Below, one piece after another: positions 1-10,754 of a DNA stretch of 64,000 nt (position 1 is its first letter; each line of letters begins with the position of its first letter). The DNA comes from Desulfuromonadales bacterium (lineage in GTDB: Bacteria > Desulfobacterota > Desulfuromonadia > Desulfuromonadales > BM103). The notes under the pieces were generated by a model that had not been told where the DNA came from, searched no databases, and worked only from the letters and a program-made list of their open reading frames with translations. A program made the translations under genes and the position numbers. The stretch is taken from positions 1,700 through 65,699 of the forward strand of contig JAVVDT010000001.1 in assembly GCA_032250875.1 (NCBI GenBank), written 5' to 3'.

Positions 1-115
1 CGCAGGTGTCCATGGCCCGAATCAGGCCTTTCATCACTATGCCGTGACCGCAGCCGGGGCACCAGATATGGGGCAGTTTGCCGGGGCGGATTGACTTTTC
101 ATAATCGTAAGCCAT
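1..115 (-). CDS. korB: 2-oxoglutarate:ferredoxin oxidoreductase beta subunit (5' part; runs off window edge)
   Basis: Manual translation MAYDYEKSIRPGKLPHIWCPGCGHGIVMKGLIRAMDTC with the WCPGCG motif; ATG overlaps the korA stop (TAATG). Confidence 0.9.
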   Translation of the reverse strand, partial: MAYDYEKSIRPGKLPHIWCPGCGHGIVMKGLIRAMDTC

Positions 116-1248
116 TAGATGACCTCCTTCACTTTCTTCATGATCTGACCAGGATTGATCGGTTCACCGTCAACCCGGCCTTCATGAACCACAACACAGT
201 TGCCCTTGGCAACGCGCTCTACTTCAAAGACCATCTGGCCGAGGTTCATTTCAGCAACCACGATTGCCTTGGCTTGTTTCGCCAACTCAGCAGTACGCTT
301 TTCAGGGAACGGCCAGAGAGTGATGGCACGGAACATGCCGGCTTTGACGCCCTCTTTCCGCAGTTCATTGACTGCGTAACGGGCGGAGCGGGAGGTCGAA
401 CCGAAAGCCCAGATGATAACATCTGCGTCTTCAGTCATGTACTCTTCGTACTTCTCGATGTCAGCAATGTTGTCCATGACCTTGGCGATCTGGCGACGTT
501 CTTCCGCTTCAACCAGGCTGGCCTTGGTGGTCGGGAAGCCGTCATCAGCCTTGTTCAGGCCGGTGACATGGTATTTGTACTCGGAGCCGAAATCAGCCAA
601 CGGCGGAATCTGACCCTTGGTAGAGTCATAAGGCTTGTAATCCTCGGGGCTCACCGAAGGGGCTTCGCGATCGATAACTTCAAGCTCGCCCGGCTCGGGG
701 AAGACAATGCGCTCACGCATGTGGCCGACGATCTCGTCAAAGAGAACCTGTACCGGCATACGGTACTTCTCAGCCAGGTTGAATGCGCGAACCGTCTCGG
801 TAAAGATCTCCTGGCAGGAGTCCGGAACCAGGGCGATGGCAGCGTGGTCACCGTGGGTGCCCCACATGGCCTGCATAACATCGGATTGACCGGGGCCGGT
901 CGGCATGCCGGTCGAAGGACCGCCACGCATGACGTTGATAATGACGCAGGGAACTTCGGCGATGCAGGCATAGCCGATCAGTTCCTGCTTGAGGGAGACG
1001 CCGGGACCCGAGGTCGCGGTGATCGACTTGGAGCCGGTCAGGGCTGCACCGATGACTGAAGCCATTGCGCCGATTTCGTCTTCCATCTGAATGAATTTGC
1101 CACCGACCTTGGGAAGTTCTACCGAAAGGACTTCGGCGACCTCGGTCGAGGGGGTGATGGGGTAACCACCGAAGAACTTGGCGCCGGCGTAAATCGCACC
1201 TTGCGCACAAGCTTCGTTCCCCTGTAACAGAGCAACTTTCTTAGCCAC
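115..1248 (-). CDS. korA: 2-oxoglutarate:ferredoxin oxidoreductase alpha subunit
   Basis: GNEACAQGA, GYPITPSTE, QMEDEI, TSGPG and RGGPSTG motifs; GTG at 1248 follows an AGGAGA RBS (track start 1254). Confidence 0.93.
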   Translation of the reverse strand: MAKKVALLQGNEACAQGAIYAGAKFFGGYPITPSTEVAEVLSVELPKVGGKFIQMEDEIGAMASVIGAALTGSKSITATSGPGVSLKQELIGYACIAEVPCVIINVMRGGPSTGMPTGPGQSDVMQAMWGTHGDHAAIALVPDSCQEIFTETVRAFNLAEKYRMPVQVLFDEIVGHMRERIVFPEPGELEVIDREAPSVSPEDYKPYDSTKGQIPPLADFGSEYKYHVTGLNKADDGFPTTKASLVEAEERRQIAKVMDNIADIEKYEEYMTEDADVIIWAFGSTSRSARYAVNELRKEGVKAGMFRAITLWPFPEKRTAELAKQAKAIVVAEMNLGQMVFEVERVAKGNCVVVHEGRVDGEPINPGQIMKKVKEVI

Positions 1249-1278
1249 GTTCACTCTCCTTGTATAGAAATGGATCGA

Positions 1279-1470
1279 TTACTCGTCATGGACCTTGATT
1301 GCGAAGTCCGGGCAGAGCAGCTCACACTGCATACATTTGATGCAGTCTTCCGGTCTTGGGGCTGTGACCAGGAAGACGTCCATCTCCAGGACATTCTTCG
1401 GACAGAATTCGACGCAGATACTGCAGCCTTTGCAGTTTCGCTCGATGATTTCGAGTCTGGCACCACTCAT
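1279..1470 (-). CDS. korD: 2x[4Fe-4S] ferredoxin, oxidoreductase delta subunit
   Basis: Two CxxCxxCxxxCP motifs; directly upstream of korA. Confidence 0.88.
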   Translation of the reverse strand: MSGARLEIIERNCKGCSICVEFCPKNVLEMDVFLVTAPRPEDCIKCMQCELLCPDFAIKVHDE

Positions 1471-1568
1471 TCTGGTTCATCTCCTTTATACTTGGTTTTT
1501 TGCTGAAAACAGCGGATTTTGCGGCGAAAAGATAGCACAAGTGGCCAAGCTACGCCACAATAAATTTT

Positions 1569-1581
1569 GTATACAGTATAT
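1569..1581. promoter_or_regulatory. GTATACAGTATA(T) operator-like box upstream of korD
   Basis: Same 13-mer, with at most one mismatch, upstream of icd and acnB. Confidence 0.65.
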
Positions 1582-1648
1582 TTTTCAGGTGTGTTTATTC
1601 TGGCTAAAAAAACACCTGTAATTTACGTGAAATTACAGCCTGAATAAG

Positions 1649-1680
1649 AAAGAAGGGCAATGTTGCCATTGCCCTTCTTT
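1649..1680 (-). terminator. Intrinsic terminator after mdh
   Basis: Perfect 14-bp stem AAAGAAGGGCAATG/CATTGCCCTTCTTT with a 4-nt loop, T-rich on the minus strand. Confidence 0.7.
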
Positions 1681-1704
1681 GGGTCTGGCATGAGAAGCAA
1701 GATC

Positions 1705-2682
<978 letters not shown>

Positions 2683-2707
2683 TTAAATAATGGTTGGAAT
2701 AAAAGAG

Positions 2708-2734
2708 TGGGACGAAGCCGTCGGCTTCGTCCCA
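2708..2734. other. Intergenic perfect inverted repeat between icd and mdh
   Basis: TGGGACGAAGCCG-T-CGGCTTCGTCCCA; no adjacent U-tract, so an mRNA-stabilising hairpin or weak terminator. Confidence 0.55.
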
Positions 2735-2745
2735 TCCGTATTTAC

Positions 2746-4968
2746 TTACATACTGTCGATGATTGCGTTCAGGGTTGCGCTGGGGCGCATTGCCTTGTCA
2801 GCTTTAACCGGATCGAACTTGAAGTAGCCACCGACTTCCACAGGCTCACCCTGGCAGTCGATCAGTTCCTGATCGATCTTGGCAGCATTCTCAGTCAGCT
2901 GCTGTGCGATCGGTGCGAAGCGTGCTTTCAATTCTGCATCCTTGTTCTGTGCGGCGAGGGCCTGTGCCCAGTAGAGGCCAAGGTAGAAGCTGCTGCCGCG
3001 GTTGTCAATCTCTTTAACCTTTCGGGATGGCAGTTTCTGGTTCTCCAGGTACATGCCGATCGCTTCGTCGAGGGTCTCAGCCAGAACAGCAGCCTTTGCG
3101 TTGTTGTCTGCTGCCGCGGCCTGCTCCAGGGAGGGAACCAGTGCGCAGTACTCACCGAGGGAGTCCCAACGGATATGACCTTCCTTGAGGAACTGCTGGA
3201 CGTGCTTCGGTGCCGAACCACCGGCGCCGGTTTCGAACAGGCCACCACCGTTGATCAACGGAACGATCGAGAGCATGCGGGCGCTGGTGCCGAGTTCGAG
3301 AATCGGGAAGAGGTCGGTCAGGTAGTCTCTGAGCACGTTGCCAGTCGCGGCGATGACATTCTTGCCTTCGCGGACCAGCTTCAGCGAGAACTTCATTGCG
3401 TCGAGAGGAGGCATGATCTGGATGTCCAGGCCGGTCGTGTCATGCTCTGGCAGGTACTTGTTGACCTTGGCGATGATCTGCTGGTCATGGCCGCGATTCT
3501 CATCGAGCCAGAATACACAGGGCTCACCAGAGGCCTTGGCACGATTAACCGCCAGCTTCACCCAGTCCTTGATCGGAATGTCTTTGGTCTGGCTGGAACG
3601 GTAAATATCACCTGTGGAAACTGGTTGTTCCATCAGTACTACCCCTGCAGAGTTGACGACCTGGAATTTGCCATTCGAAGGTGCTTCGAAAGTCTTGTCG
3701 TGAGAGCCGTACTCTTCCGCCTTCTGTGCCATCAGGCCAACGTTGGCAACGCTCCCCATGGTGGCCGGGTTGAACTGACCGTTCCGGTTGGCGTCCTCGC
3801 AGATCTCGCGGTACATGGTGGCGTAGCAGCGATCTGGTACCATGGCGATGGTGTCCTGCAGCTCGTCTTGCAGGTTCCACATGCGGCCGCCGTCACGTAC
3901 AACGTTAGGCATCGAAGCATCGACGATGACGTCGTTGGGCACATGCAGGTTGGTGATGTTCTTGCGGGAATCGACCATGGCCAGTGCCGGGCCGGTTTCG
4001 TAGCAGGCGTTGATGTCCGCTTCGATTTCAGCTTTCTTGTCAGCCGGGAGCTTGTTGAGCTTGGCGAGGATGTCGGCCATACCGAAGTTCGGGTTGGCAC
4101 CGATCGACTTCAGGGTGTCAGCGTGCTTCTCGAGAGCATCTTTAAAGTAAACCTTGACGCAGTGACCGAACATGATCGGATCGGAGATCTTCATCATGGT
4201 TGCTTTGAGGTGCAGCGAGAGCAGCACGCCCTTTTCCTTGGCTTCCGCAGCGGTCTTGGCGTAGAACTCCTGGAGTTTCGCTACCTTCATGACCGAGCTG
4301 TCGAATACTTCACCGGCCTGCAGGGCAACTTCCTTTTTGACTTCAACATTGCCGGCTTCGTCAACGAACTGAATCTTAACTGTGTCGGCAGCGTCCATGG
4401 TGACTGATTTTTCGGTCTCGTAGAAGTCGCCGCCTTCCATGTGAGCGACGCGGCACTGGGATGTGCCCGGAGCCGGCCAATCCTGCATCATGCGATGCGG
4501 GTTCTTCTGGGCGAATTTTTTGACCGAGGCTGCGGCGCGGCGGTCCGAGTTGCCTTCACGCAATACGGGGTTGACGGCGGAGCCGAGAACCTTGGCGAAG
4601 CGAGCCTGCAGTTCTTTCTCTTCGGGGGTGTTGGCTTCTTCAGGATAGCTGGGGATGTCGTAACCCTTTTCCTGGAGTTCCTTGATACAGTCCTGCAACT
4701 GCGGAATCGAAGCGCTGATGTTGGGAAGCTTGATTACATTTGCTTCGGGAGTCTTGACGATATCGCCAAGCTCCGAAAGGTAATCGGCAACCTTCTGCTC
4801 TTCGGTCAACTTCTCGGGGAAGTTGGCAATAACGCGGCCGGCGAGGGAAATGTCTTTGGTTTCCACTTCGACGCCTGTCCCCTTGGTAAATGCCTGAACA
4901 ATCGGCAGTAGGGCGTAGGTTGCCAAAGCGGGTGCTTCATCAATTTCTGACCAGATAATCTTTGCCAT
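2746..4968 (-). CDS. icd: NADP-dependent isocitrate dehydrogenase, monomeric type
   Basis: [39 protein letters not shown] and [12 protein letters not shown]; ATG at 4968 after an AGGAGAG RBS. Confidence 0.96.
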   Translation of the reverse strand: MAKIIWSEIDEAPALATYALLPIVQAFTKGTGVEVETKDISLAGRVIANFPEKLTEEQKVADYLSELGDIVKTPEANVIKLPNISASIPQLQDCIKELQEKGYDIPSYPEEANTPEEKELQARFAKVLGSAVNPVLREGNSDRRAAASVKKFAQKNPHRMMQDWPAPGTSQCRVAHMEGGDFYETEKSVTMDAADTVKIQFVDEAGNVEVKKEVALQAGEVFDSSVMKVAKLQEFYAKTAAEAKEKGVLLSLHLKATMMKISDPIMFGHCVKVYFKDALEKHADTLKSIGANPNFGMADILAKLNKLPADKKAEIEADINACYETGPALAMVDSRKNITNLHVPNDVIVDASMPNVVRDGGRMWNLQDELQDTIAMVPDRCYATMYREICEDANRNGQFNPATMGSVANVGLMAQKAEEYGSHDKTFEAPSNGKFQVVNSAGVVLMEQPVSTGDIYRSSQTKDIPIKDWVKLAVNRAKASGEPCVFWLDENRGHDQQIIAKVNKYLPEHDTTGLDIQIMPPLDAMKFSLKLVREGKNVIAATGNVLRDYLTDLFPILELGTSARMLSIVPLINGGGLFETGAGGSAPKHVQQFLKEGHIRWDSLGEYCALVPSLEQAAAADNNAKAAVLAETLDEAIGMYLENQKLPSRKVKEIDNRGSSFYLGLYWAQALAAQNKDAELKARFAPIAQQLTENAAKIDQELIDCQGEPVEVGGYFKFDPVKADKAMRPSATLNAIIDSM

Positions 4969-5057
4969 TTTTTCTCTCTCCTTGAGTATTTGTATCAGTA
5001 TTGCCAGAGGCTTGATATCAAATGTGAATAATGCGCAGGAAAACCCCGCGGAAAGGT

Positions 5058-5091
5058 GTATACAGTATACAAACGGCTTTTGGGCTGTCAA
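5058..5091 (-). promoter_or_regulatory. sigma70 promoter of icd-mdh with overlapping GTATACAGTATAC box
   Basis: TTGACA (5091-5086)-N16-TATACT (5069-5064); box at 5058-5070. Confidence 0.7.
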
Positions 5092-5317
5092 GGAAAAAGT
5101 GAGGTGGGTTTCAGGATCAAAAACAACCCGGAAAATTCTCAGAAGATAACAGGTTTATGGCTGCTTCGAGAGTCCGAAAAGGTACACTTGAAACGTTCTG
5201 TAAGAGCCACTTTTCGGGCGTTTTTAATCATTTTTAGTGATTTGAAGTGCGGCCAATAAAAATCTGTGCAGGCAGGGCTTTGATCTGCTGCCACGATTGG
5301 AAGATAACGGTTTTTTA

Positions 5318-5998
5318 TTACTGGGGATTTGCGCTGTTCGGAACAGGGAAAATGTCTGATTCACGAGCCTTCTGACGTGCGTCTTCAAGCTCCTGGGCAG
5401 TCATGTCCCGACGAATGCTCAAGATCTGGCCTGGAAATATCTGACGTGGGTCCTTGATCTGGTCGCGGTTGGCCTGGTAGAGGAGGGGCCAGAGGAGTCC
5501 TTCGTTGTAGACCTGAGGCAGTGCCGAGATGGTCCAGAGCGTTTCGCCTTCTTGGACATCGTATTCTGATACCTTGGTGATAACCGGTTTAGGTTTTGGC
5601 GCCGGTTTTACAACCGGCTTCTCAACGACGACTGTGCGTTGCTCTTCTTCCTGTGCCGCCAATGCTGCCTGGCGGATCTTTTCCTCGGCCTCCCGGCGTG
5701 CTTCTTCCTCTGCTCGCTTTGCCTTACCCTCTTTGGCAAGCATGACGGCGCGTCTGGAGTGCAGTAGGGAGAACTCGATGGAATCACGAGCATCTCCGTA
5801 GTCTGATGTTTCCATGGAACGCCGTGCGTCAGCCAGCGCCGTATGTGCCGACTGGTACTCGGCTGGCGCAAATTCTACGGCCTGCATTATCTGTGCGCGC
5901 TTCAACATATATTCTGCAGCATCCAATTCCTGATGAGGAGGTTTGGCGCAGGAGGCCAGCAGAGCCGTGAATATAAATATCGAGAGATAGCGCAACAT
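5318..5998 (-). CDS. Lipoprotein with DUF4398-like helical domain and LysM domain
   Basis: LASC lipobox; YDVQEGETLWTIS...WPLLYQANRDQIKDPRQIFPGQIL LysM pattern. Confidence 0.8.
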   Translation of the reverse strand: MLRYLSIFIFTALLASCAKPPHQELDAAEYMLKRAQIMQAVEFAPAEYQSAHTALADARRSMETSDYGDARDSIEFSLLHSRRAVMLAKEGKAKRAEEEARREAEEKIRQAALAAQEEEQRTVVVEKPVVKPAPKPKPVITKVSEYDVQEGETLWTISALPQVYNEGLLWPLLYQANRDQIKDPRQIFPGQILSIRRDMTAQELEDARQKARESDIFPVPNSANPQ

Positions 5999-6025
5999 TG
6001 GTGTTTCGTTTCGTCAGTCTAAGCT

Positions 6026-7828
6026 TTATGACTGCTTTTGCTGTGCACGGGCAGCAAGGCGAATGCCCAGCTCGCGCAGCTGCTTCTCGTCAACGGTTCC
6101 GGGTGCTTCAGACATCAGGTCCGTTGCTTTCTGGGTTTTGGGGAAGGCGATAACGTCGCGGATTGAACCGGCTCCGGTCAAAATCATCATGATGCGGTCA
6201 AGCCCGAAGGCGATGCCACCGTGCGGCGGTGCGCCGAACTCCAGGGCGTCAAGGAGGAAGCCGAATTTCTGCTGGGCCTCTTCCTCGTCAATGCCAAGCA
6301 TGTTGAACATCCTGCTCTGCACTTCCTGGTTGTGAATACGAATACTGCCGCCACCGATTTCCGAGCCGTTCAGGACCAGGTCATATGCCTTGGCCCTGGC
6401 TTTGCCGGGATCCGTGTCGAGCAACGGGATGTCTTCGTCCAGTGGTGCTGTGAAAGGATGGTGCACGGCAACATGGCGACGTTCTTCGCCATCCCATTCC
6501 AGCAACGGGAAGTCTGTGACCCAGACGAACTTGTAATCTTTCGGGTCTGCCAGGCCAAGTCTCTGGCCGAGATGGCCGCGCAGACGCCCAAGTGATTCGT
6601 TGACAATCGATGGTGTGTCGGCACCAAACAACAACAGGTCACCCGGTTCTGCCGAGAGGGCCGCAGTGATCTTGGCCAGCTCCTCCTCGGTAAAGAACTT
6701 GGCAATCGGTGACTGCCATGTGCCGTCTTCCTGGATTTTGACCCAGGCCATCCCCTTGGCACCATAAATGGCAACGAAATCCGTCAGGTCATCAAGTTCC
6801 TTGCGTGAGAAGGTTGCACACCCCTTGGCATTGAACGCCTTGACCAGACCGCCGTTTTCGGCAACGCTGGCAAAGACTTTGAAACCGCAACCCTTGACGA
6901 TGTCGGTCAGGTTGACCAGTTCCATTTCAAAGCGCAGGTCCGGGTTGTCCACACCGTAGCGTTCCATGGCTTCAGTAAAGGTCATGCGCGGCATCGGCAA
7001 GCTCAGTTCGACGCCGATCGCACTTTTGAAAATTGCCGCGATCATCCCTTCCATGACGTTCATGACATCATCACGATCCACGAAGGACAGCTCGCAGTCG
7101 ATCTGGGTGAATTCGGGCTGACGGTCGGCACGGAGATCTTCGTCACGGAAGCAGCGGGTAATCTGGAAGTAGCGGTCATAGCCGGAGACCATCAGCAGCT
7201 GCTTGAAGATCTGCGGTGATTGCGGCAGGGCGTAGAAATTCCCCGGGTTGACGCGGCTCGGCACCAGGTAGTCACGAGCGCCTTCCGGGGTGCTCTTGGT
7301 CAACATCGGGGTCTCGATTTCCAGGAAGCCGTTTTCTGTCAGGTAGTTACGGGTCGTCTGGGCAACCTGGTGACGCATGATGATGTTGTGCTGAATTGTT
7401 TCTCTGCGCAGGTCAAGATAACGATATTTGAGACGCAGGTTTTCGGCAACCTCGGTGAACTCATCAAGCATGAAGGGCGGGGTTTTGGCAACACTGAGAA
7501 TACGCAGCTCGTTGACCTCGATTTCAACTTCCCCCGTCTTCATTTTTGGATTGACGGTTCCTTCCGGGCGAGGTGATACGGTGCCGATGGCTGCAATGAC
7601 AAATTCATTGCGAACGGCTTCCGCCTTGCCGTGCGCTTCAGGGTCCCGGTCAGGGTCAAGAGCCAGCTGGCCAATGCCGGTACGGTCGCGCAGATCGATG
7701 AAAATCAGGCCGCCGTGATCACGACGCCGGTGGACCCAGCCCATCAGGCAGACTTGCTTGCCGATGTCCTCTTTACGCAGATCACCACAATAATGGGTTC
7801 TTTTCCAGTCGCCGAGTATATCGCTCAA
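6026..7828 (-). CDS. aspS: Aspartate--tRNA ligase (probably non-discriminating Asp/Asn type)
   Basis: [41 protein letters not shown] and [14 protein letters not shown]; His in the anticodon domain is typical of ND-AspRS. Confidence 0.96.
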   Translation of the reverse strand: MSDILGDWKRTHYCGDLRKEDIGKQVCLMGWVHRRRDHGGLIFIDLRDRTGIGQLALDPDRDPEAHGKAEAVRNEFVIAAIGTVSPRPEGTVNPKMKTGEVEIEVNELRILSVAKTPPFMLDEFTEVAENLRLKYRYLDLRRETIQHNIIMRHQVAQTTRNYLTENGFLEIETPMLTKSTPEGARDYLVPSRVNPGNFYALPQSPQIFKQLLMVSGYDRYFQITRCFRDEDLRADRQPEFTQIDCELSFVDRDDVMNVMEGMIAAIFKSAIGVELSLPMPRMTFTEAMERYGVDNPDLRFEMELVNLTDIVKGCGFKVFASVAENGGLVKAFNAKGCATFSRKELDDLTDFVAIYGAKGMAWVKIQEDGTWQSPIAKFFTEEELAKITAALSAEPGDLLLFGADTPSIVNESLGRLRGHLGQRLGLADPKDYKFVWVTDFPLLEWDGEERRHVAVHHPFTAPLDEDIPLLDTDPGKARAKAYDLVLNGSEIGGGSIRIHNQEVQSRMFNMLGIDEEEAQQKFGFLLDALEFGAPPHGGIAFGLDRIMMILTGAGSIRDVIAFPKTQKATDLMSEAPGTVDEKQLRELGIRLAARAQQKQS

Positions 7829-7923
7829 GGGAATAACTCCTTATAAATATTTGTTTTTTTGTGCCAAGCTACATCTTTTTGAGATTAGGCAAGCGCACAT
7901 TATATCGGGGCCCCAGCAGGCCG

Positions 7924-9183
7924 TCAAGCATCAACAAGTTCACTACACAAAAGGGTTTCCAGTTCCTCAATGGCAACTTCTTCCTGGCGGCTTTCATCCA
8001 TGTAACGGAGTTGGGCAATCCCGCGCTGAAGTTCATCCTCACCGAGAATCAGAACCCGCTTGGCTTTCAGCTTGTCAGCCCTTCGCAGCTGTGCCTTGAG
8101 GCTCTTGCCGGTATATTCCATCTCTGCCAGGATGTTCCGTCGCTGCAATCGCGTCAGCAGGGTGAATCCGGCCCTGGTTGCTGCATCACCCAGCGTCGCG
8201 ATAAAGAGTTCCGGGCGCGGTGCTGCGATACTTTGTTCGCCGAGCATGAGTGCCAGCCTCTCGAGGCCGATTGCAAAGCCAATCCCCGGCAAGTCAGGGC
8301 CGCCAAGGTCACTGATCAAACCATCGTAGCGACCTCCGGCTGCAACGGCATTTTGGGCTCCCAGGCTTCCGGTGACCATTTCGAAAGTGGTCTTGGTGTA
8401 ATAGTCGAGGCCCCTGACCATGCGCGGATTGACAGAAAACTCCACGTCAAGTTCCTTAAGGTAGCCTTTGACCTGGTCAAAATGGGTGTCACAACCAGTA
8501 CAGAGATGATCAAGCATGGCTGGAGCCGAGACGGTTGCTTCCTTGCATCCAGGGACTTTGCAATCGAGAACCCGCAGCGGGTTGTTGGTGTAGCGTCGCT
8601 GACAGTCTGCGCAGAGGACATCGAGCCGTTGCTCCAGGAACCTGATCAGTGTCTCACGGTAGCCAGGACGACACTCCGGACATCCGAGCGAGTTGATCTG
8701 CAGGGAGACGTCAGGGATGTTTGTTGTGGCAAAATAATGGCTGAGCATGGCCAGGACCTGGGCGTCGATCTTGGGATCATCGACGCCAATAACTTCCGCA
8801 CCGATTTGGTGAAATTGGCGATAGCGACCTTTTTGCGGCCGCTCGTGCCGGAACATCGGCCCGATGTAATAGAGTTTCGATACCGGGTCCTGGGCGTGCA
8901 GCTTGTTCTGAATAAACGAGCGCATGACCGGAGCAGTCCCCTCCGGGCGCAGGGTCATGGAGGTCCCGCCTTTGTCTTCAAAGGTGTACATCTCTTTTTC
9001 AACAATGTCGGTGGTCTCGCCAATGGATCGGCAAAAAAGCTCGGTTTTTTCCATAACCGGGACCCTGATCTCACGGTAGCCGAAGGCTCCGAAGACCTTG
9101 CGTGCCTGCTCTTCCAGATGTTGCCAGGTTTCGATGTCTCCTGGCAGGATGTCGTTCATCCCCTTGATGCCGGTAATGCTCAT
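7924..9183 (-). CDS. hisS: Histidine--tRNA ligase
   Basis: LRPEGTA, FRHERPQKGRYRQF, RGLDYY and GGRYDGL. Confidence 0.96.
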   Translation of the reverse strand: MSITGIKGMNDILPGDIETWQHLEEQARKVFGAFGYREIRVPVMEKTELFCRSIGETTDIVEKEMYTFEDKGGTSMTLRPEGTAPVMRSFIQNKLHAQDPVSKLYYIGPMFRHERPQKGRYRQFHQIGAEVIGVDDPKIDAQVLAMLSHYFATTNIPDVSLQINSLGCPECRPGYRETLIRFLEQRLDVLCADCQRRYTNNPLRVLDCKVPGCKEATVSAPAMLDHLCTGCDTHFDQVKGYLKELDVEFSVNPRMVRGLDYYTKTTFEMVTGSLGAQNAVAAGGRYDGLISDLGGPDLPGIGFAIGLERLALMLGEQSIAAPRPELFIATLGDAATRAGFTLLTRLQRRNILAEMEYTGKSLKAQLRRADKLKAKRVLILGEDELQRGIAQLRYMDESRQEEVAIEELETLLCSELVDA

Positions 9184-9230
9184 GATGAATCGTCCTGTTT
9201 TAGGTCAAATGAAGAATAATAAAAAAATAT

Positions 9231-9311
9231 AACGCAACGTCGCAGAGAACGCAGAGCAAACATTGTAGCTATGAGGTTTGTTCTTGCTCTGTGACTTTGG
9301 GGTTCTGCGAT
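9231..9311. repeat. Degenerate palindromic intergenic element with (A)CGCAGAG/CTCTGCG-type arms
   Basis: aacgcaacgtcgcagagaacgcagag...gctctgtgactttggggttctgcgat; related element at 61029-61136. Confidence 0.4.
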
Positions 9312-9347
9312 AATTGACTTTACACTAAAAATACCGGGTAGGGCTTT

Positions 9348-10754
9348 TTACTCGTTCTCCCGCAGTCCGTCAACCCGGTAAACAGCCACAACAGTCTTTT
9401 TCCCCTTGAAAATGATCGGTTCGAGAGCTGTAACCTGGACGGTATGAGTAACCAGCTGGTAGGTGTTTTCAGAAATCAGGACCTCTCCCGGTTTAGCGAT
9501 CCCCTGCATGCGGGCAGCAATGTTGACTTCGTCTCCAATCACTGTGTATTCCATTTTGGTGGCAGAGCCGATATTCCCAGCCACGACCGAGCCGGTATTG
9601 ATGCCGATTCCCATCGGCAGGGCAGGTAGTCCCTTCGCCATCTGGTCATGATTGAAAAGTATGCCCTCCTGTTGCATCTCAAGAGCACACTGGATGGCCC
9701 GATACGGGTCGTCGTCATGGCTGACCGGGGCACCAAACAGGGCCATGACCGAATCTCCCATCAGTTTGTCGACCATGCCGTTGTACTTGCTGACAATAGT
9801 GATCATGCGACTGAAGTACTCATTCAGAACGGTAACGACATGTTCAGGGGGGAGTTGTTCGGCCAGAGAGGTAAAGCGTCGGATATCAGAGAAGAGTATG
9901 GTTACTTCACGTACTTCTCCACCAAGTTGCAGGTCGTCATGTCTCTTCAGGATCTGGTCGGCGAGTGGCTTGCTGACATAGCGCTCGAACGTGTTCTTGA
10001 TGAACTCCTTGTCGCGCAGGTTGGTGGCCATGTCGTTAAATGCGTCAGTCAACAAGCCCAGTTCATCATTGCGTTTCAGGTTGATATGCTGTTCCAGGTT
10101 GCCATCGCCGATGGCGCGCACAGCTCTCACCAACGCAGAAAGTGGTCCGACCAGCATCCCTGCCAGGACATAAGCCCCAACGCCGCCTATAACCAAGGCA
10201 AAAAACGCAAGACCGGCAAGGTTCAAGCGCATTTTTTGGATATTTTCCCGGATCAGTGCTTCGGAAAGCCCCAGGTGAATTTCACCGATGCGTATCCGTT
10301 TGTCGCCCAGAGTCACGATCGGCACCTGGAGGTTGAGCAAGCCCGTACCGTCATCGTCTGTGCTGCGATAGACTTTGAAGTCATCAGATTCTTCGACGGC
10401 AGTGACATCGACAAGCGGCTGGTAAGTTGAGCCGATTCGGTCCATAACTGTATCGGCGCGGATGGTCCGGTCTCGATCGAGAATCAAGGCATATTGGACA
10501 CCAGGTGCGCGCGAGGCGTTCTTGACTGCCGAGAAGAGATAGAGGTCATCACCGGCAAGAAGCGGGTCTTCGGTGTTGAATGCCAGTCCGCGTGCGACCC
10601 CCAGGCCTTTGTCGATACTCTCCTGGACCAGGGTTTCACGCAGACGCTGCTCAAGCAAAAGCATGACGGCAACCATGAGGAGGGTGCTGAAAAGAGCCAG
10701 CGCCAGGGCAAATTTGAAGCGCAGGCTGGAAAAGCGTCTGACCCCCCTATTCAC
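9348..10754 (-). CDS. Membrane class III adenylate cyclase (2 TM, periplasmic domain, HAMP, cyclase)
   Basis: FSDIRRFT, DKLMGD (adenine-specifying K), EYTVIGD (T, class IIIb) and NIAAR; GTG at 10754 with a GGGAG RBS overlaps the TPR gene stop (track start 10820). Confidence 0.88.
   Translation of the reverse strand: MNRGVRRFSSLRFKFALALALFSTLLMVAVMLLLEQRLRETLVQESIDKGLGVARGLAFNTEDPLLAGDDLYLFSAVKNASRAPGVQYALILDRDRTIRADTVMDRIGSTYQPLVDVTAVEESDDFKVYRSTDDDGTGLLNLQVPIVTLGDKRIRIGEIHLGLSEALIRENIQKMRLNLAGLAFFALVIGGVGAYVLAGMLVGPLSALVRAVRAIGDGNLEQHINLKRNDELGLLTDAFNDMATNLRDKEFIKNTFERYVSKPLADQILKRHDDLQLGGEVREVTILFSDIRRFTSLAEQLPPEHVVTVLNEYFSRMITIVSKYNGMVDKLMGDSVMALFGAPVSHDDDPYRAIQCALEMQQEGILFNHDQMAKGLPALPMGIGINTGSVVAGNIGSATKMEYTVIGDEVNIAARMQGIAKPGEVLISENTYQLVTHTVQVTALEPIIFKGKKTVVAVYRVDGLRENE

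Noticed and set aside
91-1059. 322-aa plus-strand ORF
   Set aside because: Antisense to korA; no motifs or RBS
4969-5091. N-terminal extension of icd in the ORF track
   Set aside because: The TTG start is the -35 hexamer; the real ATG with RBS is at 4968
7861-9219. 452-aa plus-strand ORF
   Set aside because: Antisense shadow of hisS
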